Assembly (NCBI GenBank): GCA_964464735.1 | Contig: CAYXKF010000003.1 | Span: 3,808 to 67,807, forward strand | Direction: 5' to 3' | Length of the DNA stretch: 64,000 nt | DNA from: an uncultured Candidatus Saccharibacteria bacterium | GTDB lineage: Bacteria; Patescibacteriota; Minisyncoccia; Phycocordibacterales; UBA1006 | In this document: piece by piece, positions 1 through 9,086 of the stretch | How the letters are laid out: each line of letters opens with the position of its first letter | Position numbering within the stretch: the first letter of the stretch is position 1 | The notes under the pieces: model-generated | What the model saw: the letters and a program-made list of their open reading frames with translations, nothing else | Databases searched by the model: none | Told to the model about the DNA's origin: nothing | Made by a program: the position numbers and the translations under genes

Positions 1-476
1 CCTGAACCTGGCGCTGGCGAAGTGACAGTGGTACCGGTTTGAATTCCCGAACCAGGATTAAACGATCCAATAGGCGTATTGGGCAATTGAGGAGTGCCTA
101 ATCCAGGATATGGTCCATTGGGGTCAAATTGAATCCAGCCAATATATTCGCTATACGCCCATCCATGCAGATATCCGTTTTGATCAATCCAAACTTCGTT
201 TGCTTGCTCGGCAGCAGTTGGGTTTTGTGACGCATAATCTTCGTAGTTAAATGCAATCCATCCGACACCAGCGCCTACATTTCCTTTATGGCTGGCATTT
301 TGCCACTGGGTATCATTTTGGTCGTTTTTGTCTGGCATGTATGCCCACCCCCAACCTTTTACCTCGCCTATTTTCTGGGCCGCTCCAACACTGGGCGCAA
401 ATGGGTAACCGACCAATGAAATAATTACCGCAGCTGCAGCAAGTGCTGATAACAAGGTTTTTTTGGTCGAGGTCAT
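1..476 (-). CDS. secreted hypothetical protein, N-terminal part (start codon at 476; 3' end outside window)
   Basis: Open minus-strand frame from ATG at 476 to the window edge. N-terminus MTSTKKTLLSALAAAAVIISL looks like a signal peptide or TM segment. The stop of the next gene lies 2 nt away (479), indicating coupling. Not in the ORF track because it is truncated. Confidence 0.5.
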   Translation of the reverse strand, partial: MTSTKKTLLSALAAAAVIISLVGYPFAPSVGAAQKIGEVKGWGWAYMPDKNDQNDTQWQNASHKGNVGAGVGWIAFNYEDYASQNPTAAEQANEVWIDQNGYLHGWAYSEYIGWIQFDPNGPYPGLGTPQLPNTPIGSFNPGSGIQTGTTVTSPAPGS

Positions 477-478
477 AA

Positions 479-811
479 TTATTGATTAGATACTGCTTGC
501 ATTTTTTGCGCAGCGTCAGACTCGCGCGCTTCTGATGTCATTTTGGCATCGGCCGCTTTAGCGGCGTTCATAGCTTTATACATATCAGCAATTTGCGCAT
601 TGGTCGCAGGGCTTGCTTCAGGAAGCGCCTGAAATGCTTGTTGGTATTGCATTGCTTCGGGTGACAACATGGCAGCACTTTGGTTATTGTTTTTTGGTAT
701 GCGCGAATACATCCACCACGCAGCGATGATGACCACAACGATTGCAAGAATGACAAACACAGTATTAAGCGGATGGCGCGAATGGGTACCAGTATTAGGA
801 TAAAATTCCAT
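479..811 (-). CDS. small single-pass membrane protein, hypothetical
   Basis: 110-aa ORF with one hydrophobic helix (VFVILAIVVVIIAAWWMY) and an Ala/Gln-rich tail. Tightly packed between neighbouring minus-strand genes. Confidence 0.45.
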   Translation of the reverse strand: MEFYPNTGTHSRHPLNTVFVILAIVVVIIAAWWMYSRIPKNNNQSAAMLSPEAMQYQQAFQALPEASPATNAQIADMYKAMNAAKAADAKMTSEARESDAAQKMQAVSNQ

Positions 812-863
812 ACGTACGGTTATTATACCGCATCAAATTGCACACGCAATGCCACCAGTGGAT

Positions 864-1301
864 TTATTTTGCGCGAAACGCGTTTTCCATTAGTATATTG
901 CGCGGCATGTCGGCAATAGTAATTGTATTAGCATGTATTTGAGTGAAAATGGAGACCGTACGCGTATCGAAAAGACGTTCGCGAAGTGTTGTTTGCGTAG
1001 TTTCGATTTTGATTATGTGGTCGCGCGCAATAATAATCGTATCAGCATTCCATAGTGATCGCTGATGGATCACTTTAATATAGCGTTCAGTAATTAATAT
1101 GCCTGAAAGTAAGTATTGCGCCACGCGATACCCCATGCTTATCCACGCCAATGTTGCGGCAGTTGCAAAAATAAGCCAAAACGCGCTTACCAAAAAATTA
1201 TTTTGAAAGAAAGCGGGTACAAGAAATACAACAAAAGGTAAACCAAGCACGGCGACTGCAATTGCAATCATACGAAGGAGTACCGACCAGTGCCGGCGCA
1301 T
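864..1301 (-). CDS. membrane protein with bacterial PH (bPH_2/YdbS-like) domain
   Basis: I trimmed the track ORF 864..1502 to the internal ATG at 1301 (MRRHWSVLL...). It has two N-terminal TM helices followed by a soluble domain (ITERYIKVIHQRSLWNADTIIIARDHIIKIETTQT) typical of DUF304/bPH_2. The upstream part of the long ORF is Cys-rich junk that overlaps another frame. Confidence 0.5.
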   Translation of the reverse strand: MRRHWSVLLRMIAIAVAVLGLPFVVFLVPAFFQNNFLVSAFWLIFATAATLAWISMGYRVAQYLLSGILITERYIKVIHQRSLWNADTIIIARDHIIKIETTQTTLRERLFDTRTVSIFTQIHANTITIADMPRNILMENAFRAK

Positions 1302-1348
1302 TATGATTCCATGATCAGAGATAGTTTTATGCATTGATGACTGCATAA

Positions 1349-1600
1349 TTACCACAGCGAACCTACCGCAACATATATTGCAATGATGCCTGTAATCGAC
1401 CCTAAAACATACAAAGAAAGAAATAGCGGAGAAATCAACCGCACTGCTTCGTATTTTCGCATCCGAACAACAAGCATAACAACCAAGGCTATGACAATAC
1501 ACGAAATACCAATGCTATAAGCAATTAACACATTGTGGTCGATCGCTTGTTTTATCGTTTGCAGCAAAACCGATGCGTACATTAACACAAAGTATAGCAT
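1349..1600 (-). CDS. small polytopic membrane protein, hypothetical
   Basis: I trimmed the track ORF 1349..1708 to the internal Met (MLYFVLMYAS...) to avoid a 57-nt overlap with the upstream gene. It has about three hydrophobic helices. It could be part of one frameshifted gene with 864..1301. Confidence 0.3.
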   Translation of the reverse strand: MLYFVLMYASVLLQTIKQAIDHNVLIAYSIGISCIVIALVVMLVVRMRKYEAVRLISPLFLSLYVLGSITGIIAIYVAVGSLW

Positions 1601-1650
1601 AAGCCCGTCGCACGATAGTGCGACGGGCTTATTTTCATACGACCAAATTT

Positions 1651-4506
1651 TTATCCGCTTAATCGTCCAACATAATCCTGAGGGGTCGCCCCATAAAAGT
1701 CGCGGCATTGAATATCTTCGCGGTTATCGCGATACAGTGTAAGGAAATACGGGTCGCTGTAATTCGGAAAGAATAAATCGGTATCAACGAATGGGTAAAT
1801 ACGCTCGTTCAACGCGGCACCATTATTGCCTCCGTTAGGGCTCATAAAGATACCGTTATTTATATTTTGAATATCCTGCGACGAAAGTCCCAATGCCTGC
1901 TGCGCGATTGAAGGTGCAAGTGCAACGGCGCTTGTTTGATCGCTCGTGACGTCGCGCAAATAACAGAAGTCTTGTTTAAGCACATATGCGACCGCAAACG
2001 GAAGGCGATATCCATCCCCCCATGCTGGGTCTCCTGGAGTCACCGGACTTGCTTTTGCTTTTACTTCGAGCTTACAAGTTTCGGTTAACGAATCAATATT
2101 CTCGATCTGCGCTTTTGCTTTTTCAAGGTCTTCAACGCGACGGTCAACGACTTGCTGTATCGGAAGATCAGCTCCGATCGCAAGATATTCGCGATAAAAC
2201 TTTGCTTTTTCGGCAGGCGTGGTTGCCGCATTCCATGAAAGGTATCGATTTGAAAGGTTATCAAGCCGTGCCATGACCTGACGGCGTTCGGCAAGAATAT
2301 TTTGAAGCTGGGCAAAGTCACTTTGCATACGCGGCGTCTGGTTTATCACATCAATGATACGCTGAGCACTTGGAATGCTCCAAAAAGTATTAAGCAAGTT
2401 TTCGCTGATCATTTGCTTAAGGACGCTGATCTGATACGGCGCATCTTCAATATGCTGACATGCCCAACCGTATAAGCTATTGTTTTTATCGCCCTCAGCC
2501 TTGCTTTCGCAAATAATGCGGGTGTTCTGGAATTTACGATCATATGCTTTATCAAGGCGATTTTGCCAACCGTAATCGGGTCCCGGCATGCATTGATCAA
2601 GCGTCTGCATTTTTTGAGGGAACAAGCGCAACGTGTCACGCTCTTCAGACAATATACCAACTTCGTCATGGATTAATTTGATGACGCCTGGTGAACCGCC
2701 AGCATCAGGATCAGTATTTCGCTTAAGCGAACCATCAGGATTTTTTTCGTATTGAATCTCACCATTGACCGTAATGATTACATTATTCGCATCACGCTGC
2801 GGGATGCGTGGTCCATAAAATGTTTCATCAATATCAAGTACGATGTCAGGCGTAACCGTAATATCGTTTGAACCTGTGTATTGCAATGACGATGGACCCG
2901 CTACACTTATGCCGTTTCCAAGATCATATGAAAACTCGTCGCTGTCGGTAAGCCCTTGGTGTATTGGATCATACCCTTCATTCGAGCTGTCGTTACCAAC
3001 TACCTGCCCAATTTTTGCTATACCTCCATTAGCCAAATCGGTAACGATTCGTGTTGCCCCGGCAACCAGCACTTCAGTATATTTGTCAGCCATATTAAGG
3101 CGTTCAGTTGGAGCCTTAATGGCATTTGAAAGCGTATCCTTAAGGATCTGCGCAGGAGTTTGAGTAATGCGCTGCTTGCACACCTGGGGCTTTTGTCCGC
3201 CTGATGGAATAATATCCGGCGCTGTTGGATTATTACCCCCGTCTATTGTAAATTGCTGGCCTGAATCAGGAGTTTGAGGAGCACCAGACCCACCGAAACT
3301 ACCACTATCCCAAAAGTTTCCTTGAGCACCTGAAGGGTTTAAGTTCAAACTGTTACCACTTCCTGATCCTCCACCACTCTGAGTGTTTGAAGTGTAGCAG
3401 ATACCCCCAAAGTAGCACCCATCATGACTATTGAGCCATGCCTGTGCCTGGTCTCGCACATACCGCGCATCCAAACATTGCTGATTTTCTTGCCCAACTA
3501 TAGCGCCCGCACAATGAATTCCGATCTGATTAAGCGCATCCTCAAGATCTTGGTTATGTGTCGCACAAGAAGAACAATAAGAAGGGAGCGGTGAACTTGA
3601 ACCACTTCCTGATCCCGAACCTCCTGAAAACGAGTCAGGTGTAAACTGTGACCCACCAGTATCCCAGTAATTACCTTGCGTGCCAGTTGGATTTGTTTCA
3701 ACCGTTTGATTATTTGCCGCGTTTTGGTAGTTTTGCACTTGTTGAATGTCTTGTTGGATTGCCTGCGCTTCATCTTCGGGGTCGCCCCACTCGATACATT
3801 TTTCTACGCCCAAAAATCCTTGCCCGACGTTAACCGCATACTGACGCTGCGATTGCACACTTGCAATATCTTTTGCAAGTTCTTCTTGCAAAAGCATTTG
3901 GCTTCCTAACAAGTTGTTTCCTGGATCTAAAAATGCGCGGTATCCTCCTTGCCCACCAACACTATAGTTACCCTCGGTAAAACTCTCCCATCCTGGGCCA
4001 AGCACCTTATCAAGTGTAAAAGGCGAGCCGGTCAGCGCGCCGCCGCGATTACGGAATGGAGACGCCAAGATAGCCATTTGCGCCATGCTGCGCGAATACG
4101 GACTGTTCATATATTCAAACTTTGAGACAACATAATCGTACCGTTGTAATGCGACATCGCGCAGGTCTTGACCAAGGTCTTGGATATAAAAAGGGTTTCC
4201 CTCGAAGCCGCTGTTTGCCCAACTACTGACGCTTTTTACAGCAAAGTTCATCAAAGTCGACGCAATTGCGTATCCAGCCGGATCAAGCACGTTATTGATG
4301 ATGTCATCTTTAATATCCTTTTGCGCCCCTGCTGTCGTAGCAACACCAGTAAGAATGTTTGGGACAAGATTTTGCGCGTCGATTGTCGGCGCGTCTGCAT
4401 GCACCTGATGCGCAAATACAAAAATACCCATAAGCACAACCACCATGGTTGCACCTGTAATTCTAGAAATGAGAGCGCGCTTCATACTGTGCCGATAGTG
4501 TACCAT
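1651..4506 (-). CDS. large secreted hypothetical protein (951 aa) with Gly/Ser-rich low-complexity segments
   Basis: N-terminal signal peptide (KRALISRITGATMVVVLMGIFVFAHQVHA). Internal GGSGSGSGSSSP and GGGSGSGN tracts and conserved Cys pairs. No recognisable catalytic motif. The alternative start MKRALIS is at 4485. Confidence 0.7.
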   Translation of the reverse strand: MVHYRHSMKRALISRITGATMVVVLMGIFVFAHQVHADAPTIDAQNLVPNILTGVATTAGAQKDIKDDIINNVLDPAGYAIASTLMNFAVKSVSSWANSGFEGNPFYIQDLGQDLRDVALQRYDYVVSKFEYMNSPYSRSMAQMAILASPFRNRGGALTGSPFTLDKVLGPGWESFTEGNYSVGGQGGYRAFLDPGNNLLGSQMLLQEELAKDIASVQSQRQYAVNVGQGFLGVEKCIEWGDPEDEAQAIQQDIQQVQNYQNAANNQTVETNPTGTQGNYWDTGGSQFTPDSFSGGSGSGSGSSSPLPSYCSSCATHNQDLEDALNQIGIHCAGAIVGQENQQCLDARYVRDQAQAWLNSHDGCYFGGICYTSNTQSGGGSGSGNSLNLNPSGAQGNFWDSGSFGGSGAPQTPDSGQQFTIDGGNNPTAPDIIPSGGQKPQVCKQRITQTPAQILKDTLSNAIKAPTERLNMADKYTEVLVAGATRIVTDLANGGIAKIGQVVGNDSSNEGYDPIHQGLTDSDEFSYDLGNGISVAGPSSLQYTGSNDITVTPDIVLDIDETFYGPRIPQRDANNVIITVNGEIQYEKNPDGSLKRNTDPDAGGSPGVIKLIHDEVGILSEERDTLRLFPQKMQTLDQCMPGPDYGWQNRLDKAYDRKFQNTRIICESKAEGDKNNSLYGWACQHIEDAPYQISVLKQMISENLLNTFWSIPSAQRIIDVINQTPRMQSDFAQLQNILAERRQVMARLDNLSNRYLSWNAATTPAEKAKFYREYLAIGADLPIQQVVDRRVEDLEKAKAQIENIDSLTETCKLEVKAKASPVTPGDPAWGDGYRLPFAVAYVLKQDFCYLRDVTSDQTSAVALAPSIAQQALGLSSQDIQNINNGIFMSPNGGNNGAALNERIYPFVDTDLFFPNYSDPYFLTLYRDNREDIQCRDFYGATPQDYVGRLSG

Positions 4507-4510
4507 ATTA

Positions 4511-5452
4511 TTATCGCAGTTTTAACAAAGCTCGTTTAAAGTCGTTAAGCGCTGTTTCAATCGCGTCGGCACGGTCTTCAAACTGGCTTACCGCCCTAAG
4601 CGCATACAGGGGTTGTTCCTCGACCTGTGCAAGACCATCAATAACCGTTACCTTAAATGCAATAAGCGTATTTACCAGCTGCAGATGCACCGCAATCATC
4701 GATTCGGGCACCGTGATATTGCGCAACTGATCAATCATGCGCCCGTATGGAATAGCGACTGAATCATGCAGCTCATCCGGCACATTACCCAATCGTGCAG
4801 CTTGAAACATTTCGGCGACTGCGGCAGGAATGATGTTATTTTTATGAATTTTAAAGAAATCATCGATCTGAAGCAGGTAGGTCTGGCGCACTGAAGCGTC
4901 GTCAGGCACCGTTTTAAGATCAGCCGCAGTGATGCCCGTATTTGGCACTTGGTTTACATATGCAATAAACACATCGGTAAGTTCGTCTTGGCGTGCAGGT
5001 GTAAGCTGGTCAGATTGTTCTAAATACGCAACTGCCGCATATAATTGGCGCTGAAAAAGTTCGCTTTCACTTTGCGGCGCAGTCATTTGCACCTCACCGC
5101 CAGATTGGTTTTTTAAAAACTGCTTGCGTTCCATGATAAATGCGCCATCAGAAATGCCGTCAGCGTCAGTATCCTTATTATTGGGATCAGTACCCCAAAG
5201 CGATTCCTCCCAATCAGCAATACCATCTTGATCGGCGTCGTTTCCAAATGCTTGTTCAAGCACAACGGCCGGCACAGCGGGAATATCTTTACCAAATTGT
5301 TTTGGCTGCTTTACATGCGTCTCTTTTCCAAAACGTTCAATAAGAAAAACTGCTAACAAAACAGCAATAACAATGCCAAGCGCGATGGCAACTTTTTTAC
5401 TCGGAAGCAGTGATCGTATGCGTTCACTAACCATGTTGCCCAAGTATAGCAC
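4511..5452 (-). CDS. membrane-anchored hypothetical protein with two Dx[DN]xDG calcium-binding-like motifs
   Basis: 313-aa ORF with an N-terminal TM helix (VAIALGIVIAVLLAVFLI). Contains DADQDGIADWEE and DKDTDADGISDG, which resemble thrombospondin-type-3 or EF-hand-like Ca-binding loops. Its stop is 5 nt from the next start. Confidence 0.6.
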   Translation of the reverse strand: MLYLGNMVSERIRSLLPSKKVAIALGIVIAVLLAVFLIERFGKETHVKQPKQFGKDIPAVPAVVLEQAFGNDADQDGIADWEESLWGTDPNNKDTDADGISDGAFIMERKQFLKNQSGGEVQMTAPQSESELFQRQLYAAVAYLEQSDQLTPARQDELTDVFIAYVNQVPNTGITAADLKTVPDDASVRQTYLLQIDDFFKIHKNNIIPAAVAEMFQAARLGNVPDELHDSVAIPYGRMIDQLRNITVPESMIAVHLQLVNTLIAFKVTVIDGLAQVEEQPLYALRAVSQFEDRADAIETALNDFKRALLKLR

Positions 5453-5473
5453 GAAGGATTTTTTGCTTCTAGG

Positions 5474-6280
5474 TTAGATGAGTTTTTTTACCAGCGCGAT
5501 CCATATACCCCATGGAATATCCTCGGCGCGCACATCAGGCGACAACTTAAGCGAGTCCAATGCATTGCGAAGTAGCGGTTCGGAAACGGTTTCTTTAAGA
5601 TTTTTAACCAATTGCTTACGTTTGTGAGCAAAAGCGCTTTTCGTTATAGCAAAAAACGCCTTTTCGGAAATGCCTTTTTGCCCATGGTTAATACCATTAA
5701 TAGTAATAACCGCCGAAGTTACCTTAGGTGGAGGCGAAAACGCCTGCTTTGATACCGTAAAGCCATGTTTTGGCGTACCAAAATAATGTACCGCCCATGC
5801 CAAAATGCTTCCCTTGCCATCACGCGCAACAATACGATCAGCGACCTCCTTTTGTATCAAAAGGGTCATGTCGGTTGGCTGGCTTGGTGTAGTTAGCAAT
5901 GCTTCGATCAGCGATCCAGTGATATTGTATGGAATATTGGCAACGACTTTGTACGAATGGTCCAACAGCATTTTTTGCGTAGCGACCCAATTCATAATAT
6001 CGTCGTTTACGATCGATAATTGTCTTGCGGCTATTTCAGCTGCAAATATTTCGTTAAGTAACGGAATTAAATCGCGATCTTTTTCGACCGCAACTACATG
6101 CGCGCCGGTTGCCAGCAACCGTTTAGTCAAAGCGCCTTTTCCTGGGCCGATTTCAAGGATCCTATCCTGTGGAGTGATATGTGATATTTCGACAATGCGT
6201 TTTAATACCCGCGCATCTTTTAAAAAATGCTGGCCGAAATTCTTTTTTGCAATATGACGTGATGGTTGCATACCTACCAA
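5474..6280 (-). CDS. rsmA: 16S rRNA (adenine1518/1519-N6)-dimethyltransferase RsmA/KsgA
   Basis: Motifs FGQHFL, EIGPGKGALT (SAM-binding) and NIPYNI are diagnostic of KsgA/Dim1. The likely true start is MQPSR (6271). Confidence 0.9.
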   Translation of the reverse strand: MVGMQPSRHIAKKNFGQHFLKDARVLKRIVEISHITPQDRILEIGPGKGALTKRLLATGAHVVAVEKDRDLIPLLNEIFAAEIAARQLSIVNDDIMNWVATQKMLLDHSYKVVANIPYNITGSLIEALLTTPSQPTDMTLLIQKEVADRIVARDGKGSILAWAVHYFGTPKHGFTVSKQAFSPPPKVTSAVITINGINHGQKGISEKAFFAITKSAFAHKRKQLVKNLKETVSEPLLRNALDSLKLSPDVRAEDIPWGIWIALVKKLI

Positions 6281-8220
6281 TCAAGATACACTGTTTTAAC
6301 GTGCGACGCATCCGACGGGTCACTGTTGCCGTCGTAACACACATATTCGGGCGGGATATCGGCCAAAAATTCCGACGGTGTCTGCCATCCTTGCTTGCCA
6401 TAAATCGTGCGCGTCGCGGCATAAGTCAAATACAACATTTCTTTTGCACGTGTCATCGCAACGTACATCAGTCGACGTTCCTCCTCGCGCTCTTCAACAT
6501 TTTTTGCCATGCGCTCGGCAGGAAATAGCCCTTGCTCTAGGCCCACTACGAACACGCGCTTAAATTCAAGCCCTTTGGCGGCATGGATCGTCATCATCGA
6601 GACCGCATCTTTTTTCTCATCGCGTTCATCGGCATCCGACATCAAGGCAATATCATCAAGCATTGCATCAAATTGGTTTTCAGGAAGATTATCATACCGC
6701 TTAGCAAACGACACCAATTCTTCAAGGTTCAGTAATCGTTCGGTCCCCTCTTCACCGCCCATGTCTTTATATAAATTAAGCAGTCCGCTTGCTTCCAGGG
6801 TTTTTCGCATGACCTCGCTTGGCGCATTTTTATTTGCATTACCAATACTAGCAAGCGCTTTTTGCACGGCGTCGTATCCGTTTTTTGCCGATGCTGCAAG
6901 GCTGCTAATTGACCCTGACAAAATATGAGCCAACGCCACTTTACCGATGCCGCGCTTAGGTGTTGTATAGATGCGTTTGTAGTCAGCAAAGCTTGCGCGG
7001 TTAAATGCAGCGCGCACATATGCCAGCGCTTCTTTGATTTCACGCCGTTCAAAGAACTTGGTTCCTACTACCGCGTACGGGATAGTTGACTCGATGCAGG
7101 CACCTTCAAGCACGCGCGACTGAAAGTGCTGCCGATATAAAATAGCCATTTCACTTAAGTGCACACCATCGCGCAGCGCTTGGCGGATTTTTTCAACAAC
7201 AAAACGTCCTTCGTCATATTCTGACATGGCACCATACATGCAAATGCGCTCACCTTCTGACTTAAATGCGCGGATATCTTTGGGTATACGAAGCGTGTTT
7301 TTTTCGATGACCGCATTTGATGCCGCAACAATCGTATCGGTAGAACGGTAATTGATGCCAAGCGTCACAATGCGCGTGCCCGGAAAGTCGCGTTCGAAAT
7401 TTAAAATATTGCGAATCTCGGCACCGCGCCAGCTGTAGATATTTTGATCACTATCGCCCACTACGCAAATGTTGTGCTTGTCGCCGACTAATAGTTTTAC
7501 CAGTTCGTATTGTAACTTGCTCGTATCCTGAAACTCATCAACGTGGATGTGCGACCACTGTTTATGGCACCATGCACGCACGTCGGCATTGTCGCGAATG
7601 ATCTCATATGGAAGCCGGATCAGGTCATCAAAATCGACCGATTGCGATTCTTTTTTTAAGGCTTCATAGCGCTCGCCAATACGTGCAATCAGTTCATCGC
7701 GATAATTTCCTTCGGCCATGTCGGCAAACGTCTGTCCATCACCGCGCACGCGCGAAATGCGGCTTTGAGTCGCCTTAGGATCAAGCTCTTTTGGGTTTAC
7801 GCCTTCTCTTTCGTACGCATCCTTAATCAAATCAAGCGCATCGTCGCGATCGAGTATCGAAAATTGTTTACCGTAACCAACATGATGCCCATGCTCGCGC
7901 AGTAACCGCACACCAAGACTGTGAAATGTGCATAACAGTGGCGTTGCAGCGTAATCAAATGGAGAAACGTTCAAAAGTAATTGCATGCGTTCGCGCATTT
8001 CGGCAGCAGCCTTATTGGTAAACGTGATTCCTAAAATGGTACGCGCAGGAATACCGTTTTGGATCATGTAAAGCATCCGATACGTCAACGTTTTTGTTTT
8101 TCCTGCCCCCGCCCCCGCAACAACCAACAATGGTCCATCAATTGCTGTTGTTGCAGCGCGTTGATCGTCGTTTAATTCGGCAAGATATTTTTCCATGCGA
8201 CCGAGTATACCCCCACACAA
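6274..8220 (-). CDS. pcrA: ATP-dependent DNA helicase, UvrD/PcrA family
   Basis: Walker A AGAGAGKTKTL, FTNKAAAEMRER (motif Ia), DEFQDTS (DEAD-like motif II) and C-terminal helicase motifs. Overlaps rsmA by 7 nt. The likely start is MEKYLAELNDDQ at 8196. Confidence 0.85.
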   Translation of the reverse strand: MCGGILGRMEKYLAELNDDQRAATTAIDGPLLVVAGAGAGKTKTLTYRMLYMIQNGIPARTILGITFTNKAAAEMRERMQLLLNVSPFDYAATPLLCTFHSLGVRLLREHGHHVGYGKQFSILDRDDALDLIKDAYEREGVNPKELDPKATQSRISRVRGDGQTFADMAEGNYRDELIARIGERYEALKKESQSVDFDDLIRLPYEIIRDNADVRAWCHKQWSHIHVDEFQDTSKLQYELVKLLVGDKHNICVVGDSDQNIYSWRGAEIRNILNFERDFPGTRIVTLGINYRSTDTIVAASNAVIEKNTLRIPKDIRAFKSEGERICMYGAMSEYDEGRFVVEKIRQALRDGVHLSEMAILYRQHFQSRVLEGACIESTIPYAVVGTKFFERREIKEALAYVRAAFNRASFADYKRIYTTPKRGIGKVALAHILSGSISSLAASAKNGYDAVQKALASIGNANKNAPSEVMRKTLEASGLLNLYKDMGGEEGTERLLNLEELVSFAKRYDNLPENQFDAMLDDIALMSDADERDEKKDAVSMMTIHAAKGLEFKRVFVVGLEQGLFPAERMAKNVEEREEERRLMYVAMTRAKEMLYLTYAATRTIYGKQGWQTPSEFLADIPPEYVCYDGNSDPSDASHVKTVYLDW

Positions 8221-8276
8221 ACTTTCTGTCCAAACTACTGGTGTGGCATATTAATTTCGTGCGGTATAATGCATGC

Positions 8277-8738
8277 ATGGATATTTGTTTTTACCCGGCC
8301 ACACTATTTATGTATGCACTGCGCCACTCTGGCGTGCAAACTTTGTGCACCGACATACTACAGCGTTTTGCATTCGCCGGGCACTATTCATTAGCCACTT
8401 ACCTTGTTTATTTTGCCGTAACGTATGCGCTTGAGCTTCCGGCGTATTGGTTTTTCTTGCGAAACGATTTTTCATTTTTAAAGATCGCGCGCCTAACACT
8501 AGTAGTAAATATCCTGACCCACCCTATTGTTTTTTGGATTTTCCCGCGCATTGCGCTGATGCAGCAATGGAACACCCTTACTTATTTACTTGCTGCCGAA
8601 TTTTTTGCCTTTGCGGTCGAAGCGGCCGCTTTAGTATGGCTGTATAACGTCAAAGCGCCCCAAGCAATTGCCGGAGCGCTTATCGCAAATATCGTTTCGT
8701 GGCAGTTAGGGCTGATGATTCTGCAAAAAATACTTTAG
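8277..8738 (+). CDS. small polytopic membrane protein, hypothetical
   Basis: I trimmed the track ORF 8094..8738 to the in-frame ATG at 8277 (MDICFYPATLF...), because the N-terminal extension is antisense to the helicase gene. About four hydrophobic helices. It is the only plus-strand gene in the first 22 kb. Confidence 0.45.
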   Translation: MDICFYPATLFMYALRHSGVQTLCTDILQRFAFAGHYSLATYLVYFAVTYALELPAYWFFLRNDFSFLKIARLTLVVNILTHPIVFWIFPRIALMQQWNTLTYLLAAEFFAFAVEAAALVWLYNVKAPQAIAGALIANIVSWQLGLMILQKIL

Positions 8739-9058
8739 CTCGTTTGGTTTGCTGTTTTTGCATCAATCAACAACGAATCAATTTCTTTTTTCAGCGTTTC
8801 AATTTCGCCGATAACCATATGTTCAAAATTTGTCAGCCGTGCTTTTAGGTACGCAACTACTTGTTCGGGTTCGGCATTTTGATCGAACATCGTTCCCAGT
8901 TCGGCTTGCGATTCTTCGGGAAGCGTTTCAAGTGCTTGTATCATCACACCCTTAAATACCACTTCACCTACATTTGCCAGCATCTCTTCTTTTTGCGCAT
9001 CAGGAAGATGGTCAAAGTAGAATGCCTGCGCGATTTGTTGATTGATGTCGTTGGTCAT
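8735..9058 (-). CDS. small acidic hypothetical protein (107 aa)
   Basis: Clean ORF lying 28 nt downstream of the 1449-aa gene. Probably the last gene of the giant-protein operon. Confidence 0.5.
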   Translation of the reverse strand: MTNDINQQIAQAFYFDHLPDAQKEEMLANVGEVVFKGVMIQALETLPEESQAELGTMFDQNAEPEQVVAYLKARLTNFEHMVIGEIETLKKEIDSLLIDAKTANQTS

Positions 9059-9086
9059 ACTAATTTATATTATACACGAATAATAA

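Noticed and set aside
8094-8276. N-terminal extension of track ORF 8094..8738 (MFFLPPPPQQ...)
   Set aside because: It overlaps the 5' end of the UvrD/PcrA gene on the opposite strand. The hydrophobic membrane-protein part begins at the internal Met at 8277.
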